A stretch of DNA of 62,097 nucleotides from a virus. Its lineage: Duplodnaviria; Caudoviricetes. The translations under genes were made by a program, and so were the position numbers. Below are positions 8,647 through 17,618 of the stretch, one piece after another. The DNA is taken from the IMG/VR virus record IMGVR_UViG_3300018041_000006, positions 1 to 62,097 of that record. The stretch is one strand, 5' to 3'. The notes under the pieces were generated by a model, which was not told where the DNA came from, made no database searches, and worked only from the letters and a program-made list of their open reading frames with translations. Within the stretch, counting starts at the first letter, position 1, and every line of letters starts with the position of its first letter.

Positions 8647-10155
8647 TTATATATCTCCATCAAATTTAACCTTTTTGATGTCATATTTAAACTTTTGTTC
8701 TTTATAAATTTTTTGTCTAGCCTTTGAGTGCCTCATTAAATAATTATCCCAGTCCGGTGAAGTTATATCATCGACAAAATCTATAATCGTAACACTGTCT
8801 TTTGATTCATGCTGTCTAAGTCCTCTACCAATAGACTGCCTAATAATTACTTCTGATTTAAACGATTCCGTAAAGAAGATATTGTGAATCTTTTTAATTG
8901 AAATACCGGTAGAGAAGGTACCATAGCTGGCAACGATAACAACTTCATCTCCTGCTTCCATTTTCTTTTTATATTCTTCGCGTATGTCTTTATCGGTTCC
9001 ACCATCAACATAATAAATCGTTTTATCGCTCTCCTGTCTAAGCTTTTCGTATATTTTTTGGCCATGCTCAATGCGGTGGAAAAGTACAAGGGAATTGCCA
9101 CGTACTCTGGAAATAATGTTGCAAATAAAGTTAAGGCGGCCTGGTGAATTAATAATATAATTTTGTTCAAATTTAAATACGTCTTTATTTTCATATTTGT
9201 TATGTGCCATTTCGCGAAATGCCTCTTTTGCACCGTCAGGAGCATAATCCATTTCAATAACTTTTACGTTACATTTTGCAATATGTCCTTCATTCTGAAG
9301 AAAATTTGCGCTTACTTCAGTAATAAGAGGTCCGGTATATGCCATTAACGTTAGCCTATCGAGAGTTCCTGATTTTGGAATGGTTCCAGAAAGACCATAT
9401 CTATATTCTGCATTTTTACATTTTGATAAAATTGTTTTAATAGATTGAGATTTTGCTTTATGTGTCTCATCGATAATTACAGCGTCAAATTGGTCAAAAT
9501 ATTCATTTTTCTTTTTAATTAGTGATTGATATGTCCCAATTACTACATTCCGACCTGCTCTAATTGTTTGACCGCTATAAATTTGCTGTATTTTTATATT
9601 TACTTGATTTTTGTAATTATAATCCATAAAGTCTTCGCTTGCTTGTATTACAAGTGAAACGTTTGGGACAATAAATAAAATCTTTTCGGCTTTTTGTTTT
9701 TCTAGGATATATGCAACTGTTAAAAAAGAAATTAACGTCTTACCTGCAGAGGTCGCAAGCTCTGAAAGACATTTTCTAAATTTTAAAATATTAAATGCTG
9801 CTTCTATTTGGTAATCGCGAGGTGTAATCTCTGAATCTTTAAAAAAGTTTAGAACCCATTCTTCAAATCCATCCGGGGTAATTTCTTTATCAAATAGTCT
9901 AGAAATTCCATTAATTTTAAGTTCATATCCATAATCTTTACATATGTCCATAACTTCTTTCCATAATCCGGCTGGAATCCACTTATCATCTTTTACATAA
10001 GAAATATAACCATCCCACACTCCTTTTTTGACAAGTGGATTAAATCTCCACGAGTCAATTCTTTTTGTTAGTGAAATATTCAACTGTTCTAGTTCTAGTG
10101 AAGTTGCCTCATCTATCCTTAGTAGTTGATTGTTTTCGGTTAAACTGAGCTCCAT
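8647..10155 (-). CDS. uvsW: UvsW-like SF2 DNA helicase
   Basis: PRDYQ, ATSAGKT, IIDETH, GLSGT, QSIGRGLR; WDG in the N-terminal domain; adjacent to uvsY. Confidence 0.92.
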   Translation of the reverse strand: MELSLTENNQLLRIDEATSLELEQLNISLTKRIDSWRFNPLVKKGVWDGYISYVKDDKWIPAGLWKEVMDICKDYGYELKINGISRLFDKEITPDGFEEWVLNFFKDSEITPRDYQIEAAFNILKFRKCLSELATSAGKTLISFLTVAYILEKQKAEKILFIVPNVSLVIQASEDFMDYNYKNQVNIKIQQIYSGQTIRAGRNVVIGTYQSLIKKKNEYFDQFDAVIIDETHKAKSQSIKTILSKCKNAEYRYGLSGTIPKSGTLDRLTLMAYTGPLITEVSANFLQNEGHIAKCNVKVIEMDYAPDGAKEAFREMAHNKYENKDVFKFEQNYIINSPGRLNFICNIISRVRGNSLVLFHRIEHGQKIYEKLRQESDKTIYYVDGGTDKDIREEYKKKMEAGDEVVIVASYGTFSTGISIKKIHNIFFTESFKSEVIIRQSIGRGLRQHESKDSVTIIDFVDDITSPDWDNYLMRHSKARQKIYKEQKFKYDIKKVKFDGDI

Positions 10156-10182
10156 TCATGGCACAGTTTTTTTCTTTACCTA

Positions 10183-10611
10183 TTACAGATCTTTAAGTGC
10201 TAATCTGTTTCGGATGGCAAAACCCATATTATCTAGAGTTTTTACCGATTCTCTAAAAAATTCTAGTTGATTTTGAAGATGTGATAAAATAATATTATCG
10301 TCAGCTAAATCTGCTTCTAAGAATTTTTCTTTCTGTTTTTCTCCTAATTTATAATCATATTCATAATACCTAATGTAAGCTTCTCGATACCTTTCAGCTA
10401 ATTTTTTTTGCTGCTCTTTTATTTTTACATTAATATATGCTATCTGATCAATTAGTATTTGTCTATTTGAAAGAACCATCGCAATAGTATCTTCCATTCC
10501 ATTTATATACCTAAGAGACTTAGATAGATCTCCTATCTTTTTAGTCCATTCGGACCGTTGGTCACTTAATTTTTTATCAAGTGCTAGTATTTTTTCTTTA
10601 CTATTTGTCAT
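10183..10611 (-). CDS. uvsY: UvsY-like recombination mediator
   Basis: 142-aa coiled coil ending FLEAD...LDNMGFAIRN; next to uvsW as in T4. Confidence 0.75.
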   Translation of the reverse strand: MTNSKEKILALDKKLSDQRSEWTKKIGDLSKSLRYINGMEDTIAMVLSNRQILIDQIAYINVKIKEQQKKLAERYREAYIRYYEYDYKLGEKQKEKFLEADLADDNIILSHLQNQLEFFRESVKTLDNMGFAIRNRLALKDL

Positions 10612-10836
10612 TTAAAATAATGATTTATCTTTATTTCCTCCTTTTTTAATAAACTTACTTGCTTTCAGTTTTTTCTTATATTTAGGATTGTTTATTTGGA
10701 TATTTGACTCTTCATGAGAATACTCAGAAGCTCCAAATCCTAATAGCATTTTTAATCCTTTAAACCTGTCTCGGTCTTTATAGAAATCATCTAAATCATT
10801 ATCAACCATTTCAGTAATATCTTCTAAACGTACCAT
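10612..10836 (-). CDS. Hypothetical protein
   Basis: 74-aa ORF that tiles between primase and uvsY. Confidence 0.55.
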   Translation of the reverse strand: MVRLEDITEMVDNDLDDFYKDRDRFKGLKMLLGFGASEYSHEESNIQINNPKYKKKLKASKFIKKGGNKDKSLF

Positions 10837-11897
10837 AGATCTAATTGACTTGATGTAAAATACTTATCTAATTCCTTAATTGCAGGATTACTTAATTCAA
10901 AGCACTTAATGACCAAGTCATTTAAATCTTTTATATCATATGTATCTAATTTATTTTCTTTTAGAAATTTAGACCACATAAAAACAGATCTGCCTTTTTT
11001 AAGTTTTTCCATCATTTTCTTTTTACCAGTATCGTCGTTATCAAACATATACCTAACGGTTGCCATTTCATCGAACTCTTCAGTGTTGCGACCTGCTGTT
11101 GCTAACGCAATGCTATTAGTCATGAACTTGGCGTCAATTGGACCTTCAAACATAGTTACTGGACGCTGAAAGTTTACTTGCATAATACCAAATAGTGTTG
11201 ATAACTTTGTTACTTTTTCTAATTCCTCCTTTGATAGCTCTAGTTCTTTACCAAGCTCTTCATATAATTTAGGCAAATCATACGTTAAATATCTACTACC
11301 CTTGCCTTTCATTCTTCTACTTTGAGCAGACATAATCTTACCGTCTCCAGTAAAATTAAGAATCCATAAACGATTGTCTTTTGTGCTAAATAAAAACTCT
11401 TCGCTTTTTTTATGAAGCAATCTCTTTTTTAAGTAGAGCCAAATCCAATCTCCAGGTTCTATTTCTTTCGCACCAAATCCTTTTTTAAACTCATCGACTG
11501 TTATTGCTAAGTCACTTACACTTTGAAATACTGAGTGTGTTAGTGTGTCTGCCTGTGATGTTACTGATCGATTGTGTTTGATATAGTCAATTATCGTAAA
11601 TGAGTCCTCTGAATTAGGAAGTCTTACCTCGTGATCCTTTAGAAGGGTCTTAACGTCTGTGTGAGTTCCGCAGTTGTAACAATGATATTGGAGCGTGTCC
11701 CAATACATATTACCCCTCTTTTTAGTATCGTCATTATGCGAATCCCCACAATAAGGACATGCCATAGTAATTCTACCAGGCATGTCCTTTAGCATTTGCT
11801 TATTGGGGTTTGAATGTGCCGTCAGACATACGTCTTTCAGCGCTTTCATAATCTTTAATCTAAGCTCTTCAGTAAGTTGATTAGATGTCGAGGTCAT
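10824..11897 (-). CDS. gp61: T4 gp61-like DNA primase
   Basis: Zn finger CPYCGDS...HCYNCG; TOPRIM motifs FEGPIDA and FDND. Confidence 0.9.
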   Translation of the reverse strand: MTSTSNQLTEELRLKIMKALKDVCLTAHSNPNKQMLKDMPGRITMACPYCGDSHNDDTKKRGNMYWDTLQYHCYNCGTHTDVKTLLKDHEVRLPNSEDSFTIIDYIKHNRSVTSQADTLTHSVFQSVSDLAITVDEFKKGFGAKEIEPGDWIWLYLKKRLLHKKSEEFLFSTKDNRLWILNFTGDGKIMSAQSRRMKGKGSRYLTYDLPKLYEELGKELELSKEELEKVTKLSTLFGIMQVNFQRPVTMFEGPIDAKFMTNSIALATAGRNTEEFDEMATVRYMFDNDDTGKKKMMEKLKKGRSVFMWSKFLKENKLDTYDIKDLNDLVIKCFELSNPAIKELDKYFTSSQLDLWYV

Positions 11898-12786
11898 TCA
11901 AGAAAGAATCTAGATCGTCTTCATTAGAGACATCAGTTGTAGTCGTCGAACTTGATGATACCGCCTCTGCGACTTTTTCTTTCTTAGGCTCTGTCTTTTT
12001 TGGAGCTGAAGATGTTGATACTTCTGTAATTGCATCACCTGGATTCAAGTACATTTTTAGTACGCCATTTACGAAATCGCGGGTTTCTCCATCCCATGCT
12101 TTATAGTCATAAGTTGCCAAAGATGGAGCAGTTTCCAACTCTCCTTTGATTGTACCCATAACTTCTTTGCTGCGTTCTGCTTCTTCTCCGTTAATAGTGA
12201 TTGCTGAACGAGAAGAAGAGAATTTAGACTTATCATAGTTATTGTACTCTCCCTGTCGTGTAATAATCAACTCGAAGTTTTTACCTTCAAAAAGGTCGAA
12301 TACTTGAGTTGGTTCACCGAAGTCTGGCTTCAATTCAGCGTCGATCTTTTCTTTGATTTTGTAACCGAACTTAAATACTTTGTAAGTTCCTTCTAGATCT
12401 GGATTTTGTGGATCCTTAATAATTTTAATCAAAGAATAATATTGCTGGCGACGCTTAAGCTTTTCAGAAGCTTTGCGATCTACTGCGCTATCACTGTTGC
12501 GCATTTTCCAGAATACATCTGCGATTGGGCATTTTTCACCAACTGTTGATGGAGAATCTACCAATTTACCGTTACCATTAGCATCTGTTAGCCAATGTAC
12601 GTATTTTTGAATAAGAGAATTACGTGGATTCTCTGGATTTGGAACGAATCGAATAAGTGCCTTATAAGTTCCGTCTTTGCCGTCATCTGCTGTTGGTTTA
12701 TAAACCTCATTTGCTGATGAACTTGCTTGGGGCTGATGCGTTTCTACGTCTTCTACACCCAAATTAAAAATGTCAAAATCTGCCAT
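11881..12786 (-). CDS. gp32: T4 gp32-like single-stranded DNA-binding protein
   Basis: ALIRFVP, CPI, YYSLIKIIKDP, FKFGYKI, FDLFEGKNF, NYDKSKF; acidic tail DDLDSFLNDLDI. Confidence 0.9.
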   Translation of the reverse strand: MADFDIFNLGVEDVETHQPQASSSANEVYKPTADDGKDGTYKALIRFVPNPENPRNSLIQKYVHWLTDANGNGKLVDSPSTVGEKCPIADVFWKMRNSDSAVDRKASEKLKRRQQYYSLIKIIKDPQNPDLEGTYKVFKFGYKIKEKIDAELKPDFGEPTQVFDLFEGKNFELIITRQGEYNNYDKSKFSSSRSAITINGEEAERSKEVMGTIKGELETAPSLATYDYKAWDGETRDFVNGVLKMYLNPGDAITEVSTSSAPKKTEPKKEKVAEAVSSSSTTTTDVSNEDDLDSFLNDLDI

Positions 12787-12830
12787 AATACTTAAAATTT
12801 AAACCTTTAATACTGTTAATGTTTGTGTAT

Positions 12831-12859
12831 GTTATATACCTTTAAATAATAATGTTTCA
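12831..12859 (-). promoter_or_regulatory. TGAAAC-N17-TATAAC promoter upstream of gp32
   Basis: Same geometry at 12980-13008 and 53673-53701. Confidence 0.6.
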
Positions 12860-12979
12860 CTTTACAAGGACAAGACACTTATTCTTTTTTGAACTTATGC
12901 GTTCTAACATTCCCTAATTTGGGCTATTGACTTTTAGAATTTAGTGCCAGTCGATTGTTAGTATTAAACATCATCGTAT

Positions 12980-13008
12980 ATTATATATCTCTTATTTTGA
13001 TAGTTTCA
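12980..13008 (-). promoter_or_regulatory. TGAAAC-N17-TATAAT promoter overlapping an AGATATATAA late-type motif
   Basis: tgaaac tatcaaaataagagata tataat on the - strand. Confidence 0.55.
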
Positions 13009-13028
13009 CTTAAGTTTTAGAACTTTTT

Positions 13029-13058
13029 TGAAACATTTTTTCAAAGCGTGCATATAAC
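13029..13058 (+). promoter_or_regulatory. Divergent TGAAAC-N18-TATAAC promoter-like site facing the ruvC-like 3' end
   Basis: tgaaac attttttcaaagcgtgca tataac on the + strand. Confidence 0.4.
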
Positions 13059-13085
13059 TTTCAGGTCTTTGAAGGAGAGATAAGG

Positions 13086-13739
13086 TTAGCTTTCCAGGCT
13101 TCTAGAAATCATTGCTGTCAGGAAGAAAGCGTCGACTAAATCATCAAGGGGCTTTGGAATCTTTTTCCCAAACTCTTGTTGTTTTATCCAAGAATATAAA
13201 GGGCTTTTCTCTAGATTTTTATCCTCAATTCTATTTTCTAAAAAGGCTTCAAATAATTGAGACTTATTCATATTTCCTTTCCCAGCAAACTTCTTAATCG
13301 AGGTTGGAGCGATGGTCATTAGGTCTTCGGGTTTTAGAGTCTTAAGAAGCTTTAGTTTTAAGATTGCTGCTCCGGCAGCCATATCAATCATATTATTAGT
13401 TCCCATCTTTGAACCATATGATGTACCTTCAAATGCAATTATAAAAGGCTCTCCTGAAAAACTGTCTTGTAAAACTAAATTGATAATATCATCAGCCATC
13501 CTATCATATCTTTTTATTTTAGATAGCTCGACACTTGAGAATTCATGTTCTTTTGTAAAATCAGGCTGACTAACAAGAGTTAAATCTTTTAATAAAGACA
13601 TTTCCTCTTGAAGAATTTGATCTTTTTTAGTACCAGTACCTGGCTTCATATAAGAAATAAAATGATAACGCTTACTCTTATCATTATAAAGACATATTCC
13701 CGGTGAATTAAGGGAATAATCAATAGCTAAATAATTCAT
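13086..13739 (-). CDS. RuvC-like Holliday junction resolvase
   Basis: RNase H-fold motifs LAIDYSLNSPG, IAFEG, PTSIKKFA-GKGN, DDLVDA. Confidence 0.85.
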   Translation of the reverse strand: MNYLAIDYSLNSPGICLYNDKSKRYHFISYMKPGTGTKKDQILQEEMSLLKDLTLVSQPDFTKEHEFSSVELSKIKRYDRMADDIINLVLQDSFSGEPFIIAFEGTSYGSKMGTNNMIDMAAGAAILKLKLLKTLKPEDLMTIAPTSIKKFAGKGNMNKSQLFEAFLENRIEDKNLEKSPLYSWIKQQEFGKKIPKPLDDLVDAFFLTAMISRSLES

Positions 13740-14120
13740 TTACATGTTTTTTCCAAGAGCAGCGCCTAACGCAGCACCTACTAATCTTGAAGTTAAAAGG
13801 TCATAGAATACTCCTTTTTCAATACCTAAAACTTTTGCTACTAATTTACCAACTGATTTTCCAAGAGCAAATCCAGCAAGCCCTCCAAAAATAGATCCAA
13901 GTAGACCCTCATTAGTTAACTCATCATTAAATCTATTAATATCTACAATACCATCTTCATTGGTATATTCTAGCATAAATTCATCTAATGCTGCATCTAC
14001 TTTCTCCTCTAACTCTGGGCTCCATTCTTCTTGTAAACCTTCTGTTAAAATTCTTAGATCGTCTTCAGTAACTGACTGCTCTGCTAAGTATTCGTTAAAT
14101 GTTCTAATGTCCTTTCTCAT
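13740..14120 (-). CDS. Small protein with capsid-targeting-like leader and glycine-zipper hydrophobic C-terminus
   Basis: MRKDIRTFNEYLAE; LTNE|GLLGSIFGGLAGFALG...VGAALGAALG. Confidence 0.65.
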   Translation of the reverse strand: MRKDIRTFNEYLAEQSVTEDDLRILTEGLQEEWSPELEEKVDAALDEFMLEYTNEDGIVDINRFNDELTNEGLLGSIFGGLAGFALGKSVGKLVAKVLGIEKGVFYDLLTSRLVGAALGAALGKNM

Positions 14121-14130
14121 AATGTATATA

Positions 14131-14682
14131 TTAGTCTATTTCAAGTTCCAAATTTAGTTTGTTATAAAAGAATGTGATTTCAAAAGTACTAAATTCTGCT
14201 ATATTTTCACTCATATTAAGATTAAGCTCATTTATTGAGTTCATAATTGGCTTTTCAAACTTTAAATAAGCAACACTTGCACCTTCTGCATCTAATATTC
14301 TTAGAGTTAAATCTTGAGTAAACGCCTCCTTAGTACTTCTTGCATAATAATATAGTAGAGTGTCTTGAAGGATCCAATAGTTTATAAATCCATCTAATAA
14401 TTGCATTGTAACTGTAAACTGTCGCTCAACTGTGTTTTGAATAGGTACAGCTCCTCTGTGGTATCTAGTCGTACCGTCATTATCAGCCTGTGTCACTGGA
14501 TCAAATGAAATTCCAGGAACATTAATACCTTGTACTGAATAGTTAACAAAGTCTATTGGTTCTGCCATTAAGTTACCGGGTATCTTATTTAGATATTTAC
14601 GATACTTGTTAGCTACCTCTTCCGGAATAAAGTTTCTCGGAAACCTAAAATCATAGGTATTATTTCTACTATTTAAAATCAT
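14131..14682 (-). CDS. Tail-tube-fold protein (gp3 terminator/gp19-like)
   Basis: SVQGINVPGISF, LTLRILD, FEITFFYN; size and module position. Confidence 0.55.
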   Translation of the reverse strand: MILNSRNNTYDFRFPRNFIPEEVANKYRKYLNKIPGNLMAEPIDFVNYSVQGINVPGISFDPVTQADNDGTTRYHRGAVPIQNTVERQFTVTMQLLDGFINYWILQDTLLYYYARSTKEAFTQDLTLRILDAEGASVAYLKFEKPIMNSINELNLNMSENIAEFSTFEITFFYNKLNLELEID

Positions 14683-16784
14683 TATGCAATTTCAAAATTA
14701 CCTTTAAAAATCATAGTCTCTTCACTGCCATTATCTAACGCAATATAGAATGTTGTAGTTGACATAGATCTAATTTCAGAAATATTACCTTGGTCTATTC
14801 TAAACAATATTTCTCCAGAATTAATATCTATATTTTTATTAGGAACATGATTAAACCGTTTACGAACATTACCATCTACAAAATTTAAAGTAATATTTTC
14901 AACAGCATCAAAATTGATTAACTCTAAATCATCTCCTCTTTTTTTCGCGATTTTAAATTTATAGTAGGATGTAAAGGGTGCTATTGAAATAACTAAATCT
15001 TCTCCATTTACATAGTTTGGAGTATCAACATCTTCAATTGTTTCTAAGACACTAGAACCAGATTCATTAGATATTTGAACAGAATTTTGAGTAGCTACAA
15101 TATTATGTCTTTCAATAAAAGTTTTTACGTTTTTAGTTGTTCTAGGAATAGAAGCAATTATAGCATCTCTAACACTTCTGTTTTGGGATAGATTAGGTAA
15201 AGTATTAAATACTTCGGTGATAGTATTCCTTCCCGAAATCTTAACAGCTTGTAACTTTTTACCATATTTTCCAACCTTTGGATAGGTTAAACTTGCCCTC
15301 TTTACAATTTGAGTATTATCAGTTTCATTATAAATTCTCATAGTAACATCTATTGAGAAATTAACTGCGGTACTTGCATTCAGTACAACTGGTCTAAAAA
15401 TGATTGGAGTATCAAAATCTTCTACCTGTGTAAAGGTGGTGTCATATGTTTTAATTTGACTTAAGCCAATTTGTTCATATTGCTCAACGTCATACATTAC
15501 AATAATATCATCAGAACTAGTGTTAATTCTATTATTGATATATGCCTCAAATGCACTTGAACTGCCATCACGTTCTCCATAAATTCTAAAATAATCTCCA
15601 TCAGTAGCTTCTTCTACAACGGCAGTAAAGTCTTGGTACTCATCTTCTCTAGATACACTAAATTCATTTTCTTCTCCTAAATAAATATAGTCATACCCCA
15701 TTTCTGTAGATAACCTATCGATCAAGCTAAATTTTATAGTATAATTTGATGAAGGATCTAGATCAGAGCTTCCACCTGTATTATTACCATAGAAAAAATC
15801 ATTAAATTGTGGATTTTGATTAGCCAGAACAGTTGGAACTTTAATCTCTATGAATTTAGCAAATAAAGTCTCTCCTAAAATAAATGGTTTAGGATTAGAT
15901 ATTTCGTAGTTAGATTGATTTAAGTATACTAATTGTGTTAGATTATTTTGAATTCCTCCATTGCGATCTGCTAATATTTGAAATAGAAAACCTTCATAGT
16001 TTCTACTTGCAAAATTATAACCGCTTCTTAAATGAAGCCTTACAGAATCATATCTTATAAAATTAATATCATTAGATGCATTGGTCTGTGAACTTAATAA
16101 ATCACTTTCATTACCACCTAACCAACCTGAGTTATTATTAATATAATTAAATGTTTGATATTGTCCTGTTGAATCATAACCTAGAAGAGCCCATTTTGTG
16201 CTTTCTCCAGGAACTTGAACTGCATGATACCTACCTGATGAATGTCTAATATCGTTTCCAGTATCTTCATCTGGATTCGAAAACAAAGGATTCGCTTTTT
16301 CCGAAACATTAATTACACCACCTTTTAAAAGTAAAGAACTACTATCGTAATAATATTCAACAGATCCGTATGATGTTGGATTATATGTTAAAATGGTATT
16401 CCCACCAACAATAGCATATGAACTTGTTCCAATAACTCCATTTATTTTAAATAGACTAGGATCTGGAAGATAGCTTCCAGTCCCATCTCCTAAGTTAAAC
16501 TTATATGTTTTACCGACTTGTAATAATAATTTTCTAGCAGCAAAGTTTTCAATGGCTATATATCCATTGGTATATGTCACATCAAAATTAACGACTTCAC
16601 CTCCAAGCTCGTGTATTAAATGTCTCTTTGAAAAAGAATCTCCCGAAACAGTATCAAGAACCTTGATCTCACTACCATTATCATCAACCTCAATATCATA
16701 ATTCGTTGGGTTGGATTGATCGTGATAGATGAATTCTAAGAGTACATCTTCATCGATTCTAAAGTATGTTGATGATTGTGCCAT
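14682..16784 (-). CDS. Putative virion structural protein (700 aa)
   Basis: Beta-rich N/S/T composition; coupled to the tail gene. Confidence 0.5.
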   Translation of the reverse strand: MAQSSTYFRIDEDVLLEFIYHDQSNPTNYDIEVDDNGSEIKVLDTVSGDSFSKRHLIHELGGEVVNFDVTYTNGYIAIENFAARKLLLQVGKTYKFNLGDGTGSYLPDPSLFKINGVIGTSSYAIVGGNTILTYNPTSYGSVEYYYDSSSLLLKGGVINVSEKANPLFSNPDEDTGNDIRHSSGRYHAVQVPGESTKWALLGYDSTGQYQTFNYINNNSGWLGGNESDLLSSQTNASNDINFIRYDSVRLHLRSGYNFASRNYEGFLFQILADRNGGIQNNLTQLVYLNQSNYEISNPKPFILGETLFAKFIEIKVPTVLANQNPQFNDFFYGNNTGGSSDLDPSSNYTIKFSLIDRLSTEMGYDYIYLGEENEFSVSREDEYQDFTAVVEEATDGDYFRIYGERDGSSSAFEAYINNRINTSSDDIIVMYDVEQYEQIGLSQIKTYDTTFTQVEDFDTPIIFRPVVLNASTAVNFSIDVTMRIYNETDNTQIVKRASLTYPKVGKYGKKLQAVKISGRNTITEVFNTLPNLSQNRSVRDAIIASIPRTTKNVKTFIERHNIVATQNSVQISNESGSSVLETIEDVDTPNYVNGEDLVISIAPFTSYYKFKIAKKRGDDLELINFDAVENITLNFVDGNVRKRFNHVPNKNIDINSGEILFRIDQGNISEIRSMSTTTFYIALDNGSEETMIFKGNFEIA

Positions 16785-16785
16785 A

Positions 16786-17607
16786 TTAAAATCTTAACCA
16801 TTTTGGAGACCAATATAATCCAAAATTAATTGTTGGTCCTATTCCTATTGTTTTTTCGTTCGTTAAAGATACGCCATATCCGATTCCTATTCCTCCGGAC
16901 CAGCCTCCTGTATTCTCTTTTGATCTATTGTTTAGTTTATTATTTATCAAATTTATATTTTCAATAGATCCTATAGTTAATCCAGGATATGAAGTTGAAA
17001 TTTTAACTTGATCTATACCCTCTATATTTTCAATAGCCGCCCTAAGAGTTAAATTTTGATTAGCCAATAAAGAAACATTGGTTGAATTCCAGCCCTTTAG
17101 CGTTCTCATTACTGTTAAAGAACCTGAAATATTTCTAGAATTACCATTTCCAAAATCATCATTTCTTTGAAATTTAATAACTGCAGTAGAATCATTTACT
17201 TGCGTAGTGGTAGTTGCTGCAATAATGCTGTCTCTAATTTGAATTTCACTCATTAATAAACTTTTTACACCTTCTAATTCTTCATTTAGAGATAAAGCAT
17301 CTATGTAATTAGAAGTAAGATCTTTGTTTATTTTCTGCAAATCGCTTATGTCAAATTGATAACTAGATATTTGTGAAACTAAATCTCCATTCTTGTTTTT
17401 AAAATTTCTAATAGAATCATTAGCAGCTATATAATTATTTAAATTAGTTTCTGCAAGCATTTCAGTTTTTCTAAGATCTTCTTTTAAATTATCAATACGA
17501 TTGCACTGTTGCATCATAAACATAACTAAAACTCCTCCAGCAATAAAAGCAAGAGTATTTTTATCCAAAGATTTAATCCAGTTAAATATGTTAATTAATT
17601 TAAGCAT
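16786..17607 (-). CDS. Membrane-anchored coiled-coil protein with C-terminal amphipathic beta-hairpin (spanin-like candidate)
   Basis: Start 17607 (MLKL); TM LAFIAGGVLVMFMM then QQC; coiled coil; WSGGIGIGYG...INFGLYWSPKWLRF. Confidence 0.55.
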   Translation of the reverse strand: MLKLINIFNWIKSLDKNTLAFIAGGVLVMFMMQQCNRIDNLKEDLRKTEMLAETNLNNYIAANDSIRNFKNKNGDLVSQISSYQFDISDLQKINKDLTSNYIDALSLNEELEGVKSLLMSEIQIRDSIIAATTTTQVNDSTAVIKFQRNDDFGNGNSRNISGSLTVMRTLKGWNSTNVSLLANQNLTLRAAIENIEGIDQVKISTSYPGLTIGSIENINLINNKLNNRSKENTGGWSGGIGIGYGVSLTNEKTIGIGPTINFGLYWSPKWLRF

Positions 17608-17618
17608 GTATATAGTTA

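Noticed and set aside
8647-12786. Inteins or introns in helicase, primase or gp32
   Set aside because: Lengths are typical; no splice motifs or homing-endonuclease insertions seen
12923-12973. 16-codon ORF MMFNTNNRLALNSKSQ in the gp32 upstream gap
   Set aside because: Too short, with no supporting features; cannot be told apart from chance
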